A stretch of DNA of 63,421 nucleotides, counting the filler, from Streblomastix strix (Eukaryota), in the NCBI GenBank assembly GCA_008636045.1. It is 4 parts of 4 records of this genome, joined end to end, with 100 filler letters (N's around TTAATTAATTAA, not from the genome) between each part and the next. Parts side by side here need not be neighbours in the genome. Positions count along the whole stretch, not along the records: positions 15,888 to 31,669 come from SNRW01000936.1; positions 31,770 to 47,550 come from SNRW01000937.1; 2 more parts are not named here. One strand, 5' to 3'. Position 1 is the first letter of the stretch. Each line of letters opens with the position of its first letter. Position numbers and translations under genes: made by a program. Shown here one piece after another: positions 29,688 through 42,959 of this stretch. A model generated the notes under the pieces. It saw only the letters and a list, made by a program, of their open reading frames with translations. It ran no database searches and had not been told where the DNA came from.

Positions 29688-30536
29688 ATAATTAGATATG
29701 ATTTATATTTTAATTTAATTATTTTCATTTTAAAAATTATATAAATAATTTGATATATTTTATATTCTTTATATTTTATTATATTATTGTTTATTTGTTT
29801 AACGCAGAATACATGATATTATATCATATATTTTATTAAAGCCAGAAAGAGTGTTTTTATAAACTTATATATGCACTTTATTTATTTTATTGCCAATTTG
29901 TCTTTATTAATTATTCCATTATTTGGAGAGTGAAATTTTTCAAAACTTTAATAGTATTATTATTTATATTATCAATAGCTTTAGCCATAGTGCTAATTTT
30001 CATTTTTGTTTCTTAAAAATAATGCCATTTCTTTTATGATTTATTATTAAACTTATCTTTATTTTGATAACAATTCATTTTACTTTATTAAATTTTTCAT
30101 TTAATTGCGCATTATTTTTAATTTGTTTTGGTTGTTTGTCTGATTGCAAATATATATATTGCAAAACTATTTTTATCATATTCACATTTAATCTCAATTT
30201 ATGACCTTAATAAAAATTTGAATAGAAATCGAAAGTGAATGTTTCTTTATACATTTTTATTTTTAATATCTAGTTAAAAAGATATAAATAGTTTAATCTA
30301 GTTATCGAAATAGATTGATTTTTATATTAATTATACATATAATATCGCACGAAATTAAATAAGCCTGTTAAAAGGTTACATGGGTGACATGGAAAAAATG
30401 ATCTGGATGTCACCCAATGTTGCTCATGTCACCTCTTTATGAAATAACAAAAAATAAAAATTATTTATAACATTATAAATTACTTTTATTTAATATAATT
30501 TTATATTAAAAATAGTAAAATATTGTATATATATAT

Positions 30537-31669
30537 TAAACAATCCTCCGGAAGAGATATGAGCTTTTCGTTTGTTTATTGACTCTCAGGGCACCCGCCA
30601 ATGGGCCCAGCCCGGAAAAATCGTGACATGGTCAAATAAATAAATAGTAAATATAATAAATAAACTGTTATTCATGGACTGGAATATGCGAAAGCATTTG
30701 TAGTTCATGGATCATCTGTTTCTCTTTCTTTTATCATTGGCGCTTCATGCTCTTCATCAGCACTACTCTATGTCTAGACTTCTGAGCTCTCCGTTTGCCC
30801 CAAATTCCCAAGGGTGGGAACATCTTAATGTGGTGGGACAAACGAAGAGCTCATATCTCTTCCGGAGGATTGTTTATATTCCTCCGGGTTATAAACTACC
30901 TCCTACAGAGATAGTGAGCTCTTCGGTTGTTTATTGACTCTCCCAATATTGAAAGGATCTAAGAGTCGGGCTACTTCATCAGCATTCGCAGCATCTTATT
31001 GAGCCTTCTAGACTTCCACTACTTCAGTTGGAGTTCTGGAATATTATAAAAATGGTTAAAAAGTGTCCTCGGTCTCAACGGAGGACTGTGTTTGGGTGAT
31101 GTGGATGCCACTGAGGGGTTAAGAAAACTCCAGGTGGCTCAAGCCTGGAGAAAGAACCCCAACAGGGCTTGGTATTCTCTATTCGATATCGGATCTCTCA
31201 TGTTCGATCTCTTCCAGTAGTGTTCTCTCTTGTTCTTCATCTTCTTCATTATCAAGTTCCTCTTCAGTCTAGCCGAGGACTTCTCTAGCTTCGACATTAT
31301 TGTTCTTGTCGTAATATTGCCTTACTGTAGAGGCAGTGTCAGAGTGGTGAGTGAATCTATCAACTTTCACACTACTGACATTATGTTTTAGGAGTTTGGT
31401 AATTGCAGCAGCTCTAATGGAGGTAACTGAGTATGTCTTGCTAATGCCGGCAGATTACATTACTGCTCTTATGGCTTTGCTAAGATCATCAGCCTGGATA
31501 TATCTCTCCGCATGGCTGATCCTCCAGAGTTCTTGGGCTTTGTTTGGAATGTCTGGGTCTCTATCAGTGAACCAGGACTTGAACCAACGCAGTGGGCAGA
31601 TTCTCTCATCAGGAATCTTGCAAATCTTGAATTCAGTGATTCTTTGAGGGGACTTTAAAATGGTAGTTT
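30537..31669 (-). mobile_element. 3' end of a DIRS-like tyrosine-recombinase retrotransposon (truncated by the contig end)
   Basis: YR ORF followed by terminal sequence that is complementary to an internal segment. GC content is higher than in the flanks. Confidence 0.7.
30705..31669 (-). CDS. Tyrosine recombinase C-terminal domain with acidic tail (DIRS-type)
   Basis: Reads ICPLRWF...LSKAIRAVMQSAGISKTYSVTSIRAAAITKL...DRFTHHSDTASTVRQYYDKN. TGA at 30705. Confidence 0.8.
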
Positions 31670-31769
31670 NNNNNNNNNNNNNNNNNNNNNNNNNNNNNNN
31701 NNNNNNNNNNNNNTTAATTAATTAANNNNNNNNNNNNNNNNNNNNNNNNNNNNNNNNNNNNNNNNNNNN
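31670..31769. other. Artificial contig linker
   Basis: N run with TTAATTAATTAA. Confidence 0.99.
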
Positions 31770-32500
31770 TGGAAATAATGGCAGTGATGGATAATTTCTT
31801 CCTTGATGAAGTGAATTAAAGAGTTTATTTATATATTACAATCCATAGTAGATACCATAATCATCCTGTTCTCCAATTCCACCACAATTACTTATAGATT
31901 TTGCCAATATATTTGCATATCCTACAGAAATTAGTTCGGTGTGATCTTATTCATCACTTTCAATGGAAATCTCAAAAAGGCATCTTAAACTGTTAACTCT
32001 AATTTATAATGCATAATAAACATCATTTAGATTTGTGTGAATGTTGAGTTTGTAATTGCATAGTTTAACTAGTGAATTAATGAGTTTCGGTATTTAGATT
32101 ACTTCTTTGCATATCTCGGGTCTGATTTTATTTGCAAAGAGAACAATATAATCAATAATTAATGAAGAATGGAATAAATCTTATTATTGAAAATTCTATT
32201 TATGTAGTATGATTTTCGTATTATGTTCAAATAGAGTTACAAATGAAATTATGGATGAAGCAAGATCTTTTATTTCTAATTAAGGATTCATTTCAATGTC
32301 AGCGAGTGCAAATATAAGTAAATAAAACTGTAATAAGTTAGATAAAATATAAATTTTTTTTAAAACAAAAAAAAAATATCGTTACGAAATTTCAATAGTT
32401 TCATCGATATTGAATAACAGTTGAAAGCGCGTATAAGTACATTAAATATTTAATATTCTCTCAAAGAGAGGATAAAATTTTGTCGATCATTCAAAATTTG
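31770..32500 (-). CDS. Hypothetical helical-repeat protein, partial (intron ~32330-32385)
   Basis: Open with TAR=Gln: ...IRVNSLRCLFEI...SISNCGGIGEQDDYGIYYGLQYINKLFNSLHQGRN. 5' end unclear. Confidence 0.5.
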
Positions 32501-33091
32501 ATTATTTGTATTTTGGCATGCAAATCACTTCTAGATATGAATTATTGGTTATATTTTGTTTTTAATCTCATTAGTCTTGTTTCTTTAATACATCTTAATG
32601 AAATAAAATTATGCTAAAATAATAAAAGGAAAATCAAGTATTTCTTAAAATTTGGCTAGTGATATTCTTAATTAAAGATCAAAAATTTGAAAGCAAATTA
32701 TTTCCATTATATATTTTAATAGGGTTTTAGTGATAATACTCTTAGATTCTTTCATTTTTTTAACATTTTCATTTATTAAGGCACATTTAGGATTTTTTTA
32801 CTATTGTTTACAAATTATAAAATGTATATTTAAATATTTCCATTTATTCCAAAAATTATATATAACCAGCTATTTCTAACCAATTAAGACAGATTTTAAT
32901 TTTTAGATATTTAATCGCAATTTACACAAAAACCAAAAGTTTAATTTTATTTATTAATAAATTTCTTAACTTATCAGGTAAATATATAATATTTTTGATG
33001 AATTAAATTACAATACATATAACTATTTTTCTACTTTTGTTTATTTTAATTGCATTTCATTTTATTTTAGTTCATAAAGATATTTATTCCT

Positions 33092-36000
33092 ATGGAAGAG
33101 CTTCATCTTCTTCAAAGTCAAGGATTTTCGGTATTAAACAAATTTTTTACTTATCATTTCATTGTTTATTATAATAATAGGTTTTTAAGACATTGGGTAT
33201 ATATCAATTTAAAACTTCGGAATAATTAATTCATTTTGCTTCTCTTTATTTCATATCATAGGCCAAGGAGCTTTTGGAAAGTATGCAAATAGTCTTCTTC
33301 TTTCTGATATCATAATTAACATCCCTTTATATTTATTTGTATTACATATTTATTATCAGGGTCTTCCTGGTATATCACGTTGAAACTGGTTTAATAGCTG
33401 CCAAGGTGATGCGCAAATAAGTCTTTGATCAAAAAGAGTGGGCAGCTGCTGCGTATTTTGAGAAGTGTGAGTTTATTAATCCTCTTTATATATTTTGATC
33501 ATAATATATGAATTTTAATAATATTTATTTTTATTTATATTTTACTTATTTTTCATTTTATTTGTATTTTACTTGTTTCAATAGAGAGCCAGTTCCATTT
33601 GTAGTGCAATTTAAACTGGCCAAACAATTTGACGACCTTGTTGTGATATTACTTGAATTTGCAAATATGAAAGTATGAATATTTATTTAATATTATTTTC
33701 TTTATTTAAATATTTTCTTCTAATCAATATAATTTTTATAATCAAACATTAATCTACAAATTTATTTGAACAGAGTCTTGATCCAATTGTAAAGAAGAAT
33801 ATTGATCTCACAGCAGGTACACTTAGAGCAGTTGCAAAACAGCTTTGTATGAAAACATAAGATAATAATTTTTTAAAATAAAACTATTTTAAATGCATTA
33901 TTGTTTCATATTATTTGATATAATATAAAGTTGAAGGTCTTCGTCTGATTCATTCAAAAGGATTAGTGCATAGGTTTGATATTGCAATTATATTCATTTA
34001 ATTATATTTATAATTTTTAATTTAATTATTTGATATTTATTATTATTATTAAATATATTCAGAGATATCAAATGTGAAAACATTTTGCTTCACTGTCCGT
34101 TTGGATCAAATCGTGTGGTGTGAAAAATAATGTAATATTGAATAATTTGAAATAAATATAAATCTAGTTAATTATGATGGTTTTTCATTAAATTTATTGT
34201 TATTGATTTTTATAGATTGTGAAGATAGCTGATTTTGGACTTGTGAAGTTTCAAGAGATGTTAAATAACACTATATTAATGTCTGCAAAAGGGTATATAA
34301 TATATAATATATAATAAATTTATATTTAATTTTAATTAATATTTTATTTAACTTCTAATAATTCAGAACTCCTCTGAATATGGCACCAGAACTTGTGAAT
34401 GGAGATGGAAAAGCTGATGCTAAAGTATCTATGAATTTAATTTGAATAAATAATATCATTAATGAACATAAAACCATTTATATATCATTTATTAATAATT
34501 TAAATATTATATGTTATAATTATTATAATTGTCAATTGAATTAGGTTGATGTCTGGTCTATGGGAGTTGTTATATTCCAACTTGCTGGGCACGAATATCC
34601 AATTAAAGCGATGGGAATACCAGATCTTCAAAAGTTTGTTCAAAAAGAATGATTAAATATTATATATTTTTATATTTATTTTTCAATATTTAATCTAATC
34701 ATTTATTAAATAATCTATTAAATTTAATTAATAATTTCCATATTAAATACCTTCTTTTTATTATATTTTATTTGATTTCTTATTATTCAGGCTTATGAAA
34801 CTGCGGACAATAACTCGACCTTCAGCTATTACAGATGACTTACTCTGGGATCTTCTTATTCATCTTCTTGATTTTGACAGGAAAACGAGATTTTCAGCAG
34901 CTGAAGCACTTCAACATCCATATTTCACAGGTCCTTAAGCATAAATTGAGATTAGTGCTGAAGCGAAATAAGTTGCAGCTTCAGCTCTATAAGCTTAATA
35001 GAATGGAGATACAAGTATAACAATCTATGATATCAATCCATCTTTTACAGTTTGTAAGTCTGAGATCAAATCTGCGCTTAATTACAACCCCGATGTTGAT
35101 CTTCAAGGTGTCTACAACCAGATCCAACAACAGCAACAATAAATATATCCCAGTCAGCAGTCTTAATAGCAAAAACAGTAATAATAATAATAATAACAAT
35201 AATAATAATAATAATAATAACAAATTCTATAACAACAACAATAATAATAATAACAAATTCTATAACAACAACAATAATAATAATAATAAATTCTATAATA
35301 ATAATAATAAAAACAGTAATAATAATAATAGTAATAATAACAACAACAATAATAATAATAATAACAAATTCTATAACAACAACAATAATAATAATAACAA
35401 ATTCTATAATAATAATAATAATAAAAACAGTAATAATAATAATAACCCTAACAGCAAATCCAGACCAATTAACCAGTCAATCAATTTCAAGTTTCTCCAT
35501 CAAATATTAAACAGGAACTTCTTACCCAGCCTCCTTTGTATTTCCATTTGATTCTTCCTGGTGAATCAGTTGAATTCACAAAACCTGTGAGAACAAATCA
35601 TGAAATTGCTGTTCAATAGCAGAAATTATTTGTACAGTAATAATAAGCATAATAACTATTATTATATCAATAACAACAATTTTAATAACAAATGAAACAA
35701 AACCAATATTAAAAACAAATATAAAAATAACAACAATAATAGTATCAAGGGATTATCAAACCAAAAGATGAATTAAGCACTATTAAAGATGATAAAAAAG
35801 GAACTATTGATATAGTTAAGTTATAACAAACAAAATAAATTGATATGAATCCGATGCCAAATAATCAGAATGAGAAAGAGAAATAATAAGATAATTAAAT
35901 GCAAGAAGAATTAATTCCCTGCGAAAGATGCAAAAAATTAGTTAATTTCAATTAATATAATGAACATTTTATCGCACATTAATAATAATAATAATAATTT

Positions 36001-36582
36001 GCAAGGCAACCAATATAATAGAAAGGAAAAGGAAATCCATTTTAATAAGTAGCTGCGAATGCAAATGATTTAAGAAATGAAATACAAAGTGTTCACAGCG
36101 AAGATGACAACTGTGCCGAAATTTAGATTGAATGCCCATTCTGTAATTAGTAAATAGCACCATTAAGAATGCGCGAACATATAAAAGATAGTCATAACCA
36201 GTTTCTTGTCGCATTTGATGAAGCAAAGAATCTTGCATAGAACATTAATGAAAATGATTAACAGGACAATAATTTGGATGAAGGTGACATTTCCTGGGTT
36301 AAATTCAAGAATGGTATCAATCCAGTAAGGTGTCCACTATGTCCACCTTAATCACAAACAATGAGCAACAGAGAATTCATTCAGCATATAACAGAATATG
36401 ATATAAAGAAGAGAGAGTTGATAAGAATTATTGTCAGACTATAACAACTCATTCAGAATATATAGGGAAATTAATAGTAAGGAAGGGGAAATAAGAGTAT
36501 CTTTGGATAGATTGTAGCATTTTCTTTAAAAACAGCCAAAGTTATTGGAAAAGGGGTGATGAAAATTTTTGAAGATGAGTGA
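33092..36582 (+). CDS. Ser/Thr protein kinase (about 11 introns) with long polyQ tract and C-terminal CxxC...H zinc-finger-like motifs
   Basis: ATG at 33092. Motifs LGQGAFG, AAK, HRDIKCEN, DFG, MAPE, DVWSMG, ALQHPYF. PolyQ at 35120-35460 and 35620-35740. IPCERCKK..H, IECPFC..H, RCPLC..H. TGA at 36580-36582. Confidence 0.88.
35120..35460 (+). repeat. TAA/CAA trinucleotide tract encoding polyglutamine with periodic QIL
   Basis: (TAA/CAA)n interrupted by AATTCTA, in the kinase reading frame. Confidence 0.9.
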
Positions 36583-37188
36583 GCATTAAACATATAAAAA
36601 ACATCATTCTCCTTAGGGGTCTTTCATTAGATCGATCACTACTGAATTTCAATCATTCCATATGTTTCTTCTTCAATTTCTCCTTTTAAATCAAATCAAT
36701 TACTTTCACCTAGTAACTTTTAATTTTCACTAACTTTCTTTCATCAGTTTCTTCTTACTTGATCTTAATCAACTGTATCTTTAATACTTTTCCATTATTC
36801 TTATCTCTAAATTTTATTTTTTCAATCACACATTTTTTCTCACTTTCTCAATTATTTATATTATTGTTCTGCTCTATCATACACTTTCAATATCTTATCA
36901 ATACTATCACATACACAATATTTTCTCACTATTATGATCTTGGCTCTTAATAAATTAAAAAAATAAAAGCATTAAATGATGATTTTTACCATGAAAATCG
37001 ATGGTAGTAATAATTATATATCACTCATTTATTAAGTCTGTTCAAAATTGGAAAAGTTGATAATAAAATAAACTTATTGTGTATGTTTAAAAATTGATGT
37101 TGATTTATGAAAAGTTATCCACAAAAAACTGAATAATGCAGATCCATTTGAATAATTGTATGTTAACACCATAATCTAACTCAACTCA

Positions 37189-40100
37189 TCATTGCTTGCA
37201 TCCTCCTTTGCAAATATTCTGACCATAATTACCCTTCTCTGAACATTACTCACAGATCTTTTTACCGCAATTGCTACAATTCTTTGAGCACTTTGAGCAG
37301 AGCTTCTTCATACAGATGTAACACTGGCAATAACAGCTCGTGCAAGTCTTGTTCTTGCATTTGCGGCATATTTCACCAGAATTTGCGTGATCAGCGCACC
37401 ATTTTGCATCGCATGCTTTACACTGGAATTTGCTACAATCTGCGCATATCATGCCACATCCTGGGCAGTACACGTCTTTTTAAATGCAATTTTCACAGAA
37501 GTTCTTTTTGCATTTCTGGCAGGTTCTAAGACAACTCTTGCATGTTTGTTTGTTACAAACGCTACATTTGATTACAGAGTCTAAACATTCTTTGCAGACT
37601 TTCTTTAGGCAAGTTGTGCATTATTTGGAACATTCTACGCAAACATCTTTACCACATTTAGCACAATTAATTCCCTTTTAAAGGCAATTCTAACAGAGTT
37701 TCTTATTGCATTTTTTACATTTTGTAGTGCAACACTTGCATGTTTGTTTGTTGCATGTATTACAATTGATTCCAGAATCAAAACATTCTTTGCATACTTT
37801 CTTCTGGCATGTTGTGCACTATTTGGAACATTCTTCACAAACATATTCATTGCATCCATGACAATATACTCCCTTTTACAAGCAATTCTAGCAAAGTTTC
37901 TTATTACATTTTTGGCACTTAGTAACGCAACACTTGCATGTTTGTTTGTTGCATATACTACACTTGACTTCAGAATCTAAACATTCTTTGCACACTTTAC
38001 TCTTGCATGTTGTGCATTATTAAGAACATTCTACACAAACAATACTACCACACTGATTACAATTAATTCTATTTTTAATGCATTCCTAACAGAAGTTCTT
38101 TTTGCACTCCTGGCACGATCTAATGCAACTCTTACATGATTGTTTGTTGCAAGCATTACAACTTATTCTAATTTTCAGGCAGTCATTGCACATCTTTCTT
38201 TAACAAGATGTGCATTAAGTGCAACAATCAACACAGAAATAGTTATTACAACCTTGACATTTTGTACCATTTGAAAAGCACTAAGAACAGAATGTTTTGC
38301 TGCATTTGCTGCATTTCCTAAGGCATTATTTACATGTATGCTTGTTGCATGTGATGCATTTGTCTCCTAAATCTAAACATTCACTGCAAATTTTTCTCTG
38401 ACACGAAGAGCAACTCTTGAAGCAATCATTACAGAAATATTTGTTGCATTAGGGACATTTACAATAGTTATTATAGCATTAGTTACAAATGTATTTGTCA
38501 CATTTGCAACACTTAGCACGACAATAATTACATATCTACTTACTGCATCTATTGCATTTGTCTTCTAAAATTTCATGATCAGCGCACAATAATGATGAGC
38601 ATGATTTGCATTTAAACTTAGTGCAATCAGAACAAATTGACTTGTAACATCCTTTGCATTAACCGCCTTTAGAAAAGCATATTTTACAAAGTTGACATTG
38701 GCATTTCTAGCACTTTTTGTAGCAGCCTTTGCAAGCCAGCTTGTTGCACTTAACACATTCAACTTTAGAATCTAAACATTCTTTGCAGACTTTCTATTTG
38801 CATGTCGGACATTCTTTGCAACAATCAGAACAAATATTCTAATTACATCCTGGACATTGAACTTCATTGTTCAAGCATCCTTTACAAAATTGTTTTCTGC
38901 ATTTCTAACAAGTTCTGTGACATTTCTTGCAAGTTTACTAGTTGCATTTGCTGCATTTAATTCCAGAGTCTGAACAGTAGTTACAATATCTTATTTGGCA
39001 TGTTGGACATTATTTGAAACAATCAACGCAAGTATAGCAATAACATCCATTACAATATTTTTTATATGAACATCCTGTGCATATTGATCTGTTGCATCTT
39101 TAGCACTACCAAAGGCACTTCTAACATGTGTTATCCAGACATTTATAGCATTTACTAAGGCAGCTTTTGCATGTTTGATTCTTACACCTAAAACACATAA
39201 TGTTGTCAATCTTGCAGTCTTTACACCATTTCTATTCGCATGCTTTGCATTTCTGTTTGCAACAATCTTCACAAATTTCTAATTAACAACCTGGGCATTT
39301 AGTTCCTTTTGAAAGACATCCTTTGCACATTAATTTACTACATTTCTGACACTATTTGAAGCAATTCTTGCAACATTCCTTCTAACAAAGGTTGCATTTC
39401 GTAAGCTTAAACTAGCATTTGCTCTAACTACAATTACTGCATTTCTCATCAGTGTGTCCACAATTGGAGCAGTATTTCTACTTGCAGTCTTTGCATTATC
39501 GAACACATTCATCGCATATCCTCATATTACATCCAGAGCACTCAATTCCTCTGTTCAAACACCTCACACACTTCTTCTTCAAGCATTTCTAGCATGAATT
39601 TGTGCAACTCTTGCACATCGAGTTTTCACAGTAGCTGCAATTTTGTCCAGTGTTCACACATGCACTGCACAGTTTCTGTTAGCATGCTTCACATTCATTG
39701 CAGCATGCTTAACATATCTCGTATTGGCATCCTGCGCATAAAGACCCCTTTGACAAACAGCTTTTGCACATTAATTTGTTGCATTTCAGGCATATTCTAT
39801 AATTGTCAGAAGTCATCACTTTGCTGCAAACACTGCATTATGAATTTGCTTCCAATTTAATACTCTTTAATTTTGTTTCTTATGCTTTATTAAATTTGTA
39901 ACAATTATCACAGGTTCTTATATTAGATCCAAGAGTCAAAGTTCCTTTGCTAATACAGCCCATACAAAGATCTCTATTGCATTTGGAACATTTGAATAAA
40001 CACCCTTTGCATAATTACTTCTTGCATTCTAAGCATATTGTATAAAGATTGATGCAATTCGGGCATCTTTCTTTCTTACATGATGAACATTGCTTGAAAC

Positions 40101-42374
40101 AACCTTAGCTATGCTGATTATTGCATTGCTAACAGTTTGATTATTTATCACATTATACGCAAAGATTTCTGCTGCATTTTCCACATTTCGTCATGCATTT
40201 CTAGCAGTATAATTTTTAACATGATTGACACTCAGAATGTTCATCATAATCATTCTTGCATATAGCATAATGGACTTTTGATGGTTCAGGAGAAACTCGA
40301 TCTTTACTTGATTATTTTTATTATAGATGTTATTTTTGTTATTTGGGAATTGGAGGAAGAGGAATAATTGATGCCGGTAATATTGATTAACTCTAAGAAA
40401 CTGAAATTGGGAAAAATATTTTATAATGAAAAATGATTAAGTTTATATAAAATAAATAATTAAATTAAATCAAAAACATATTAATTAATAATAATACTAA
40501 TAAAAAAATATACCCTGATTTTGATTCTGCTAAAATCCAGAAACATTGAATGGTTCAGATGATTATTATGTTTATTATTATGAAATATCTTATACTGCTT
40601 GTTACATTTATCCTTGCTATTTCTTCTAATGATTCTATTACAATTAACCAGCAATAATTGGAAGCAATTATTGCCTTGGAGGAGATTGTCTATTAGATGC
40701 TGGAGATTATGATTTGTTATTCTAAGCTGGAGATTATGATTTTCTAGTAACTTGGGTAATAGAGGAAGAAGAAGAAGAAGAAGAAGATGATGAAGATTAT
40801 ATTTACTGCTTCTATTTAATAGGATTGGGAGATTGTGGCCTTTAATTAACAGATGTCTGTGAAGATTGTTGTTTTGGCATTGGAGGTGGGATTGTTGATG
40901 CTTTGATTGGAAGTGAAATATAATCTTATTAATTTGGTTAGTTATCAGCTTTAGATGAAGACTGATATAATTATTATTGTTGTTACTATTATTATTGTTA
41001 TATTTACTAATTGGAAGATTAAGTCTTGAGTTATTTAATCAACAAATCTTTAGCTTTTGATTCTTCTTCTAATTTCTTGATTTGATTGTTTTTTAATCTT
41101 GATTCTTCTTCTGCTCTCTATGCAATCTCCCAATTTAATCGAGATTCTTCTTATAACTTTTTAATCTAATCATCTTTTGAATTTGGATCTGATGATTAAA
41201 TTTTTGATTTATTTTAATTTGATTTTGATTCTTATTCTAATTTCTTTATTTAATCTTGTAATCTTCTTTCATTTTCCACAGCTTATCTTTTTTCATCTTC
41301 ATTTCTTAATAGTTATCCTTATAATTATCTGCATTTATCACAAGACTGATTTTCAGTATCATTTCTTTGAGTTTATATTTTCTCTTTCAAAATCTCAACA
41401 AGTTGTTGTGCTTTTCCTTCAATTGATTCTTCATCTTTATCTCGTTTCCCTGAATCAGCAATCATCTGCAATATTTTTATTATCTATTGTATCTCAACTT
41501 TATCCCAAATCAAGTTTTTATAACTTGAAAGTTGTAGAAGGATGTCAATAACAGCAGATTTGATGTAATCAGAACTTTCACTTTTAGATAAAGAAGAAGT
41601 TGAATTATCATCTAAAAGTAATATTTCACCAGCTTTTCTCATAAATTCACCTCTTTAAACCAAGAATTATCGAATTTCCTTCATTTTCTTCACTGTTTAT
41701 ATTAGAGATATAGTTGCACCTTCAGTAATTGCACTATCCATTGACTGAATTGACTGAATAAGATTTGTGCATAAAATATGTATATGCGATTCTTGGAGAA
41801 GTTAACCAGTTTTAGCATTGAAGCTAATAAGGATGTTTAAGCATATTGCCTAAATAAAAATAATCGATATTAAATAAATTATAAATAATAATAAAAAATT
41901 AATTATAAAATAAATAATTGAAAAACATATTAAATAAATAAATAAATACCTATATATCAGAACTGTATTGTAAACTAAAAACTTTCACCACTTCTTGAAT
42001 TAATAATTTTCCACCTTGAATTGGATATCTTTCTGGAGCTGATAAGGAAAATAATAATAAATTAAAATAAATCGTTTGATAAAATAATAATAAAATTTGT
42101 TTTGAATTATCTTAATAAAATATATATGCAAACTAGAAGAAATTATGAAGAGTAGTTATAAAAGTGAATCTTTCAGTTCGTTTTCTTTCAATTTTTCTAA
42201 ATTGCCAACAATTGTAAGAATTTCATTTGCCTAGGAAAGAATATTAGAAAATTAAAATAATAAATTAAAAAAAAAATTATCTTTGCTTTTGATTAAATGT
42301 CAAACCTCTGCGTAGCCAGTTAAGAAGGTTCTATATGAAGAAGTTCTTACGGTTGGTTTATCGCGTCCACTCAT
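37189..42374 (-). CDS. Large protein: helical N-terminus, coiled coil, P/Q/S linker and ~1000-aa CxxC cysteine-rich repeat region
   Basis: ATG at 42374 (MSGRDKPTVR...), several GT-AG introns, dense CxxC from ~40270 to 37190, ending ICKGGCKQ* at 37189. Confidence 0.75.
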
Positions 42375-42959
42375 AATAAAATCTAAAATATTTTATTTAT
42401 AAAAGAAAAATAGGTGAAAATATCGTAAAAGTAAAAAAAAAGATAATTTTCAAAGAGAATTTTGATGGCCAAATAAAAAACAAATATATGCAAAGTGTTA
42501 AATTTTAATGAATAAATTAATAATAAGTTAATAAAAATGTTTAAACTAAATATTTAAAGTGTAATTCGTTCGAAAAATCAAGTTTTTTGAGTTGTAATTT
42601 AAGCAATTGAATAGTGCATATTTTTGACATTTAATTTACTTAAAAAATCATGAGAATATTGTGCAGATATTATAAATATTAATTATGAAATATAAGTAAA
42701 TGTTATTCGTAGTAAACATGGAAAAGTTCTTAAAAACTGTCGCTAACAATCAAGGAAATATTATAAACAAAAGATATCAATAAATTTGATAATTAATGAT
42801 TAGTGTTTATTAAAATTGCATATTAGAAAACATTTTAATAGGTATGAAAGCAAATAGTTGATGGATATAAAATAAAAGTTTTCATTGACATAAATTTTAA
42901 ATACAATTAAGAGCATTGGAGCTTAACCTTAAATTGGACATTAAAGCAATATAAAAATG

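Noticed and set aside
35027..35551. 174-aa poly-Asn ORF, and the poly-Leu ORF on the minus strand
   Set aside because: Shadow frames of the kinase polyQ tract.
37246..39860. Cluster of small Cys/Asn-Ala-rich ORFs resembling metallothioneins or peptides
   Set aside because: They are pieces and shadow frames of one long CxxC CDS once TAA/TAG are read as Gln.
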